From Bdellovibrionales bacterium (lineage in GTDB: Bacteria > Bdellovibrionota > Bdellovibrionia > Bdellovibrionales > JAGQZY01), in NCBI GenBank assembly GCA_964230645.1, contig CAXRHT010000001.1, positions 128,001-192,000 on the forward strand: DNA of 64,000 nucleotides, in the 5' to 3' direction. Below, one piece after another: positions 57,478 to 64,000 of this stretch. Position 1 is the stretch's first letter. Every line of letters starts with the position of its first letter. The notes beneath the pieces are model-generated. The model did not search any database and had not been told where the DNA came from. It was given only the letters and a program-made list of their open reading frames with translations. A program made the translations under genes and the position numbers.

Positions 57478-58128
57478 TCATTCAAGATCTTTACGTATAT
57501 CCATCCATATCTCATGATAACGCCATGCTGGCGGAGGGTTTTTACCTTGTCTGTGATCTGGTAACAGCTCTAGGCCTTTAGTCCTAGAAAGGACAGCTTT
57601 TACCTTGGGGTTTTGCTCTAGCTTTGCTTTCATAGCCTTTCGAATCAGATGATAAAAATCACCTTTCTCTTGCAGCCTATAAGTCATTTTTCTTTTTTTG
57701 AAACTAACCCATTCTAAATTATTTTCTTTCATCACCTTTGACCCAAAATCTCCGGCTTTTTTAGCTTGAAAGGCTGTCATCAAAGCCACTTCCCCACGGG
57801 TATAAGGCCACTTAGCCAATGAAAGACGTGGATCTTCTGCCCCCTCAGGATACTTCATGGCTTGCCAGAAGCCCTCAAGGCTAGCGAACTTCTCTCCCTT
57901 ATAGATGAAAGGGGTGGATGCAAAATTTGATAAAATTCCAAGCTCGTTTCTTTTGGAAAGTATCACTTGAGGGGGCTCAACTGAGGCAGGGCTAATCTCC
58001 CAAGATTTTAATTCAGTGGCCGGCACGGACTTCCACCAGAGATCAGGATAGTTGTTTTGGTTTTTGGGGGCTTGAACACAAGAGACAAATAAAAGAAACA
58101 CTAGAAACGGCATGAATTTTCCTTTCAA
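57478..58128 (-). CDS. NADAR-family protein with lipoprotein signal
   Basis: LSNFASTPF..KGEKFASLEGFWQAMKY and AMKAKLEQNPKVKAVLSRT; lipobox FVSC. Confidence 0.78.
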   Translation of the reverse strand: MKGKFMPFLVFLLFVSCVQAPKNQNNYPDLWWKSVPATELKSWEISPASVEPPQVILSKRNELGILSNFASTPFIYKGEKFASLEGFWQAMKYPEGAEDPRLSLAKWPYTRGEVALMTAFQAKKAGDFGSKVMKENNLEWVSFKKRKMTYRLQEKGDFYHLIRKAMKAKLEQNPKVKAVLSRTKGLELLPDHRQGKNPPPAWRYHEIWMDIRKDLE

Positions 58129-58190
58129 GCCTAAACTAGCAGAAAGAAAGAGCAGGTGAAACTTTTTTTGATTGCATTGAATGGCTGGGA

Positions 58191-58589
58191 CTAGGGCTTT
58201 TTAAAAGCAACCACTTTCTGTTTTTCCAGATCAATCATGTACTCTAACTGCGAGGACTTTTTGGATAGGTAAAAACGCTGACTTAAAGGATGAAAGGAGC
58301 CTTCGAAATCAACGAAGAGCTTTTTGCCAAGTTTTCCAGAAAAGTCTATTTTGATCTCCGAGGGTCCAAAAGCGTACTGATTTCCTATAGATGATTTGAA
58401 AAGACGAGCGGATTTTAAGCTGACACAAAAGTCCTTGTGACAAGAAGTCATCGCCACATCACCCATTTTCTCATCAGAGGCTTGCGCAAAGCTTGTAAAA
58501 AAAACTAAGGAAGCTAGATAGACTAGCCTCCCAGTTTTTCGAAAAAAAATGAGAATAATCTTAGTACTCGACAGCACAAAGACCTTCAT
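58191..58589 (-). CDS. Hypothetical exported protein
   Basis: Hydrophobic segment ending AQA-SD; start uncertain. Confidence 0.5.
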   Translation of the reverse strand: MKVFVLSSTKIILIFFRKTGRLVYLASLVFFTSFAQASDEKMGDVAMTSCHKDFCVSLKSARLFKSSIGNQYAFGPSEIKIDFSGKLGKKLFVDFEGSFHPLSQRFYLSKKSSQLEYMIDLEKQKVVAFKKP

Positions 58590-60048
58590 TTTTATTAATG
58601 GCTTTAGTTTCAGAAAGAAACTGATCAGCATCGCCATTCACGAACAGTCCACCGAGACTATTGTCAGCAAAACTCTTCGCTTCACCACAATCATTGTAGG
58701 CATCAGGCGCTACACTTCTGAGGTTTTGGATCGGATTATTAAGAACAGCTGTTGGTCTGATCTCAGCTTTTACTTTCTCACCAGTTGACCTAATCACAGG
58801 TATGTTCGATCGACCCATTTGGATGAAAGTTTGACGTTTCTTCTCACCTTCAACTTCAATAACACCACCACTTAATGCAAGATCAATGGTATCTAATACT
58901 TTTTCAAGAGGGCTATGAAAAGTTCCTTCATTCAAGCACAACCCTTCATCGAGAACATAACCTTCTCTTCTTAACAGCTCTTTTCCTGGGCGGTAATCAT
59001 AATGATAATTTCCGTTACCATCCACACGAGAAGTTATTTCAACTTCTCCAGTGTAGACAAAAGAAGTCCCCTCTGTAGGCAAAGGACAAAGAGTTTCTTG
59101 ATTCTCCTGAATCCAACGAACTCCGACCATCGCATCAATACCGAGGTCCACTATTTGGGAAAGGGCCTGATCATCGCGAAGAGTTCCGAGTTTCTCGTCA
59201 GAGTTTTTAGCGATTTCAATTTTTTGCTGTTGAGTCATTAAAGGCTCATCACGAGTCTCCATGATTGTTTTTTGTAAACCCGTTCCATCGTATGCTGTGA
59301 GAAGAATGGAATAGATTTGCATTCCAGCAAACGAGTTCTTGAAAACTTCCATCTCACCACGATCAACTTTCATCTTCATGAAATCCATATTTATTTCACA
59401 ATCAATGTCTGTCGCAAGGTCATGGATACGAGTATAGGTACAAATATGACCACGATCTTTTAAACGTTGATCAAACCATTTTTCTGAAACATTAATTTCT
59501 AACTCAAGATCACGATTTTCACGAAAGAAAGTTCGAGCTTCATCGTAAGCGGCAACCTGTCCTTGCAAGAAATCCTGTAGGTCTTTTTCAGTGGCAATAT
59601 CGGGCTCACCATCTTTTAAGAACTCATCCAAAAGCGGGTGCATACGAATTCCGGCTTGCTCACCGTAGTAATTGGCCTGATAACTTTCATAGCTTTTGGG
59701 ATCTTTTTTCATTAATGGTTCTATTCTCTTTACAATTCCCTTGAGATTCATCATCGGTTTTGTGATCGCTCTATACATTTGAGCTTTTTTATTCGAACTG
59801 TCATGGTTCATAGCCTCAACGAAGAGTCTATCGGCAAGAAAAAACGACTCCGGGCTAAAAAGCATCTCTCCGGCTTCGACCAACTTTTGAGCCTTTTGCT
59901 CAGGAGTCATTGTGTCGTCATCGACGATCTTCTGACCATCCACTCGGTTTTGGCCCGAGGCATCCGATTGGTTCGAGTCGTTATCACTTGTACAGGCCAC
60001 CATAAGTCCAAGGACAGCCAGTAGTGCAATCACATAGTTTTTAATCAT
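58561..60048 (-). CDS. Hypothetical lipoprotein with TPR-like N-terminal segment
   Basis: Lipobox MVAC, SD AAGGAG; helical repeat LVEAGEML..ADRLFVEAM..DSSNKKA. Confidence 0.82.
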   Translation of the reverse strand: MIKNYVIALLAVLGLMVACTSDNDSNQSDASGQNRVDGQKIVDDDTMTPEQKAQKLVEAGEMLFSPESFFLADRLFVEAMNHDSSNKKAQMYRAITKPMMNLKGIVKRIEPLMKKDPKSYESYQANYYGEQAGIRMHPLLDEFLKDGEPDIATEKDLQDFLQGQVAAYDEARTFFRENRDLELEINVSEKWFDQRLKDRGHICTYTRIHDLATDIDCEINMDFMKMKVDRGEMEVFKNSFAGMQIYSILLTAYDGTGLQKTIMETRDEPLMTQQQKIEIAKNSDEKLGTLRDDQALSQIVDLGIDAMVGVRWIQENQETLCPLPTEGTSFVYTGEVEITSRVDGNGNYHYDYRPGKELLRREGYVLDEGLCLNEGTFHSPLEKVLDTIDLALSGGVIEVEGEKKRQTFIQMGRSNIPVIRSTGEKVKAEIRPTAVLNNPIQNLRSVAPDAYNDCGEAKSFADNSLGGLFVNGDADQFLSETKAINKNEGLCAVEY

Positions 60049-60096
60049 GAGGGGAGCTCCTTTCAGAATTCGATTGATAGGTTTCCCCCACTAAAG

Positions 60097-60112
60097 AGCA
60101 ATTCTGATACCA
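60097..60112 (-). promoter_or_regulatory. Putative sigma54 (-24/-12) promoter
   Basis: TGGTATCAGAATTGCT, close match to TGGCAC-N5-TTGC(A/T), 49 nt upstream of start. Confidence 0.55.
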
Positions 60113-60304
60113 ACAAAAATACAGCACAAAAGTGACCTGCAGGAATCATCAAACAATGCCTATAGAGCCACTCAAAGGCCTTAAAGCTCACAAATTAGAA
60201 AATTTTTCCACTGTAAATAGATTGGTCAGTCGACCTTAAACGTCACCGCTGCGGCCCCTGCAAGCTTTGGGATAGTGGTTTATTGTCGAGGATGTCTTCT
60301 ATTT

Positions 60305-60517
60305 CTATCCAATCTGGGCCCAAGCTATGCGAGCTTTTCGATAGGCATTCAACGGAGAATAGGCTTTCGCTGAAACTTTTTTCCCCTTCCACTCAAGACT
60401 GACTTGAAATTGTCCGAACTCTCCTTCGGTGACGCTCACTTTTGGAGCTTCAAGGATATCCAAGGACCTTTTCGCCTCTTTCTTCGTTGATTTTTCTGGA
60501 TAACTTTCAACTTCCAC
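60305..60517 (-). CDS. Small hypothetical protein
   Basis: GTG start with GGAGGGG SD, directly downstream of the nitrilase gene. Confidence 0.55.
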   Translation of the reverse strand: MEVESYPEKSTKKEAKRSLDILEAPKVSVTEGEFGQFQVSLEWKGKKVSAKAYSPLNAYRKARIAWAQIG

Positions 60518-60536
60518 AGTCCCCTCCCCTAAGCGA

Positions 60537-62087
60537 TCAAATGTCTTCGTCCAAGTTGTGCCAACTCACAGAATAAAGATCGTGCCTTCTATCCTTGAGG
60601 TTTTGAACGGCCCCACTGTTTCGGGCTTCTTTTAATACATCCATGCGGAGATCAGCAATTGCTACCATCTCAGCATTAGGCGTGGTATCAGCGGCGATTC
60701 CATCCCTAGCAAAGGGGTAATCACAAGGTGTTAGAATGCAGCTCTGCGCATATTGGATATCCATATTATGAACCCGTGGAAGGTTCCCCACATTTCCGGC
60801 CATGGCCACATAAACTTGATTTTCAATGGCTCTGGCCTGACAGCAGTACTTCACGCGGCAGTAGGCCTGTCGATTATCAGTTAAGAAGGGAACAAAAAGA
60901 ATCTGCATCCCTTGATTGACCAAATAACGAGAGAGCTCGGGGAACTCACTATCATAACAGATCAAAACCCCAATAGGCCCACAATCTGTTTGGATCACAT
61001 TGAGTTTACTTCCCCCCTCAATATTCCACCAGTAACGCTCATCGGGAGTGGGATGAATTTTTGCCTGCTGGTGAACCGAGCCATCCCGCAAACATACATA
61101 AGAGATGTTCTGAACTTTTTTACCAACGTAGGTGGGATGAGACCCTGCAATAATATTCACATTGTACTTGAGTGCTAAGCCCTGAAAGAGGTCTCTGACT
61201 TGATCGGTCCACTTTGTCATTTTCTCAACGGCTTTTGAAGGATGGATCTGCTCGTTTTCAATAGAAAGAAGCTGCATGGTGAAAAGCTCTGGAAATAACA
61301 CAAAGTCCGCTCGGTAATCCGCTGTGACATCAACAAAATACTCCACCATCTGGGAGAAATCTTCAAAAGACTTAATACCCCGCTGCTGGTACTGTACGGA
61401 AACCACTCGTACAGAATTCTGACGACTGGGCTTTCTTTTACTTTGAGAGTTCACTTGGTTTTCGCTGATTTCTGGATTCTTCCAAAGCAAGTGCACGGCA
61501 AAACCCATCGACTGTTTATCCGAAGGTAGATATTCCTTTAGAATTCCAAGAACCTCAAAGCCATTTTTAACTTGAAAGTTTAAAGTTGGATCATTAATTT
61601 TTTTATCAAGAACCTGCTGAATGTACTCTTCAGGGCTCCCTACCTTTTTCTTTCTTTTTCGATAATTGGGAATTCTGCCCGCAAAGACAATCCCTTTTAG
61701 TCGCTCATATTTTACAATATTTTTTCGCTTATTATAAAAACGCTGGCCAATGCGGTGGCGTCGATATCCAGGGTGAACACAGGTTTCATAACCATAGAGG
61801 TAGTCGCCATTTTCGTCATGGGTGGTTCCGAAACCATCTCCAGTGATTTGTTGCCAAGTGTGTTTGCTGAAAGCTTTCTTTTCTGAAACCTTAATACTTG
61901 CTGAGTAACCAACAATTTCACCATTCATTTCCGCCACCAAGTGACCATCGGGAAAATGCAGTATCTGCCCTCGAATCATGGCTGGAGAGTAACTGGGCAT
62001 CTCGCTATAGACTTTGTCACAAACGGTGATAATCCCATCAATATCATCAAGTGTCGCTGTACGTACTACCAATTTTTTTTTGCTCAT
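60537..62087 (-). CDS. GNAT acetyltransferase - carbon-nitrogen hydrolase (nitrilase family) fusion
   Basis: GNAT motif A VHPGYRRHRIGQ; nitrilase triad FPE, KIH, ICYDSEFPE; ATG 62087 preferred. Confidence 0.92.
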   Translation of the reverse strand: MSKKKLVVRTATLDDIDGIITVCDKVYSEMPSYSPAMIRGQILHFPDGHLVAEMNGEIVGYSASIKVSEKKAFSKHTWQQITGDGFGTTHDENGDYLYGYETCVHPGYRRHRIGQRFYNKRKNIVKYERLKGIVFAGRIPNYRKRKKKVGSPEEYIQQVLDKKINDPTLNFQVKNGFEVLGILKEYLPSDKQSMGFAVHLLWKNPEISENQVNSQSKRKPSRQNSVRVVSVQYQQRGIKSFEDFSQMVEYFVDVTADYRADFVLFPELFTMQLLSIENEQIHPSKAVEKMTKWTDQVRDLFQGLALKYNVNIIAGSHPTYVGKKVQNISYVCLRDGSVHQQAKIHPTPDERYWWNIEGGSKLNVIQTDCGPIGVLICYDSEFPELSRYLVNQGMQILFVPFLTDNRQAYCRVKYCCQARAIENQVYVAMAGNVGNLPRVHNMDIQYAQSCILTPCDYPFARDGIAADTTPNAEMVAIADLRMDVLKEARNSGAVQNLKDRRHDLYSVSWHNLDEDI

Positions 62088-62305
62088 AGCCCCTAAGACT
62101 ATACAGCATTTTAGCATAAGGCAAATAAAGAGGCGCCCCGAGAGCCTTGCCAGGCTTGATTTTGCTGCTTTTTAAAGCAAATACTAGAGGCCTTGTTCTA
62201 ATCAAGAGCTAGAATCGTTATTTGACACGACATTTCTAGCAACGCTCGACCAAAATTCTTTACCCATTAAAATTTCAAGGTATACTTTGGACAAACTAGG
62301 AATTT

Positions 62306-63790
62306 ATGTCGTTTTTTAAAAGCATCAATTTAAAACAAGAGCTTTTCTCTTCCTTTGTTGTCTTTCTTATCGCTCTGCCTATATGCCTTGGGGTTGCCAT
62401 TGCCTCTGGTGTCGACCCTATTAAAGGTCTCCTAACTGGTATAATTGGTGGAATTGTTGTCGCCTCCATTAGTGGCGCGCCCTTACAGATCAGCGGTCCT
62501 TCAACCGGCTTAGCTGTGATGGTGCTTCATGTTGTGGATGTCTACGGGGCGCCAGCACTCATCCCTCTTGGAATTATTGTTGGGCTTTTTCAACTTCTCA
62601 CTGCCATCTTTAAAGTGGGGCACTTTTTCCAAGCCACACCTCCGGCCCTTTTAAGAGCCATGCTCTCTGGAATCGGAGCCCTCATTCTCGTCTCACAGAT
62701 CTATATCATCTTTGATCTCCCCATGAGTTCCAAAGGACTACAGAACATCATTGGCCTTCCCGATATTGCTGGAACTATTTTTGGTGGCCAGCTTACGACA
62801 GTGCAAATCGAAGCCGCCATTGTGGCTCTGCTTGTACTAGCCGTTTTATTTTTATGGAACCTCGGTAAATCCCAAATTTTTGAAATCTTTCCGGGCCCCC
62901 TTGTCTCCACTCTTGCCGCCTCACTTCTCGTCTATTTCCTCGGCTGGGATATGAGAATGGTCAATCTTCCCGAAGATATTTTTGGTAAACTTCTTCATAT
63001 TAATTATGGAGAAGGCTTTGCGGTGATAGATTGGAACTTTATTGCCTACTCCTTAGGTTTTGCCTTTGTTGCTAGTGCCGAAACCCTTTTATGTGTCAGT
63101 GCCATTGATAAAATTGCCAAAACCACTTCCAACTACAATCGCACCATTTTCGCACAAGGGATGGGGAATTTTGTGGCAGGCCTTTTGGGTGCCATTCCTG
63201 TTGTGGGCGTGATTTCTAGAAGTGCCGCGAACCTTGAGTTTGGTGCAAAAACAAGAATGTCCTCAATCATGCAGGGCTTTTGGCTCTCAGCCTTTTTATT
63301 TCTCCCCGCGGTTCTGGGATATGTACCCATTCCAGCTTTGGCAGGTCTTCTAATTTACATCGGTATAAAGCTTCTCGATTTTAAAAATATGTTTGCCTAC
63401 ATTAAAGCATGGAATAAGACTTCCTTAATTTTTGGAACTACTTTTGTTCTAACGATCACTGTGGATTTGTTGGCTGGAGTTCTTTCTGGTTTTGTGGTCG
63501 CTATCCTTCTACTTGTCGTAGATGTCCTGAAATATGATTTGGTTGTTCAAGACGAAGGAGAAAATAAAGTTCTAAAATTTAAAGGTAAACTTTCCTTTTT
63601 AGATCTTCCCGTTCTTTCTAAAAAACTAGAGGGTCAAGACCTTGGCGATGTTACTAACTTAGAGTTCTGTTTGCGTGAGGTGGATTATCTCGATCCCGCT
63701 ATCTCTGAACACCTTAATGAACTTAAAGATAAACTTGAGAGCCAGGGTAAGACCATAAAAATTCGCTACAGCAAATTTAATATTCACTAG
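62306..63790 (+). CDS. SulP-family anion transporter with short STAS-like tail
   Basis: FLIALPICLGVAIASG, QISGP, ASAETLLC, VISRSAAN. Confidence 0.93.
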   Translation: MSFFKSINLKQELFSSFVVFLIALPICLGVAIASGVDPIKGLLTGIIGGIVVASISGAPLQISGPSTGLAVMVLHVVDVYGAPALIPLGIIVGLFQLLTAIFKVGHFFQATPPALLRAMLSGIGALILVSQIYIIFDLPMSSKGLQNIIGLPDIAGTIFGGQLTTVQIEAAIVALLVLAVLFLWNLGKSQIFEIFPGPLVSTLAASLLVYFLGWDMRMVNLPEDIFGKLLHINYGEGFAVIDWNFIAYSLGFAFVASAETLLCVSAIDKIAKTTSNYNRTIFAQGMGNFVAGLLGAIPVVGVISRSAANLEFGAKTRMSSIMQGFWLSAFLFLPAVLGYVPIPALAGLLIYIGIKLLDFKNMFAYIKAWNKTSLIFGTTFVLTITVDLLAGVLSGFVVAILLLVVDVLKYDLVVQDEGENKVLKFKGKLSFLDLPVLSKKLEGQDLGDVTNLEFCLREVDYLDPAISEHLNELKDKLESQGKTIKIRYSKFNIH

Positions 63791-63814
63791 AGGCTGGATC
63801 TAGCCCTCAATTAT

Positions 63815-64000
63815 TTAATTGGCCCCAGAGGGACTTCCGAAAATATTAATGGTCTCACCAGTCACATAGGATCCCGTTATTTCAGATGCTAAGTAGACGT
63901 AGGCAGGAGCAATTTCTACGGGTTGAGCCGGTCTGCCAAAAGATGTGTTCTTTCCAAAATCTTTGATTTCTGTTTCGGAGCGTTCCGCTGGATTGAGTGG
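63815..64000 (-). CDS. SDR-family oxidoreductase C-terminus (partial)
   Basis: Not in ORF track; translates PLNPAERSETEIKDFGKNTSFGRPAQPVEIAPAYVYLASEITGSYVTGETINIFGSPSGAN*. Confidence 0.88.
   Translation of the reverse strand, partial: PLNPAERSETEIKDFGKNTSFGRPAQPVEIAPAYVYLASEITGSYVTGETINIFGSPSGAN

Noticed and set aside
56210..58637. DarT-NADAR toxin-antitoxin locus
   Set aside because: Neighbours are exported proteins without recognisable ADP-ribosyltransferase motifs
1..64000. tRNA, rRNA, prophage or IS genes
   Set aside because: No cloverleaf, rRNA signature, integrase, transposase or phage structural motif recognised

Overview
Chromosomal window of a roughly 40% GC bacterium. Gene content and style (FQNC-type lipoprotein, many exported hypotheticals, mutS-glnD, ldcA-serine hydrolase-mpl, PilZ/START/glpX block) suggest Bdellovibrionota; this is an inference with no database check. 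Most of it is housekeeping: mutS, glnD, a peptidoglycan-recycling operon, purM-N-B-C-S-Q-L-F, iscS-mnmA-mtaB-rnc-era-der, tilS-ftsH-glmM-tsaE, glpX and pgsA. Accessory exported proteins lie between these blocks. I found no rRNA, tRNA, CRISPR array, integrase or transposase. The most unusual non-coding signal is a REP-like palindrome family at three loci (about 2.9, 12.3 and 15.0 kb). Its arms fold into GNA-triloop hairpins with compensatory changes, and arm ends are tandemly amplified into 24-26 bp arrays right behind stop codons. One copy is abutted by a 174-bp element with 37-bp terminal inverted repeats. Other highlights are a NADAR domain with a lipoprotein signal, an amidoligase/GATase/DedA cluster, a GSPII_N-like/acidic/GAF-like putative polar scaffold, a degenerate NSS transporter, and several apparently leaderless operons. 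Two partial CDSs at the window edges are missing from the ORF track.
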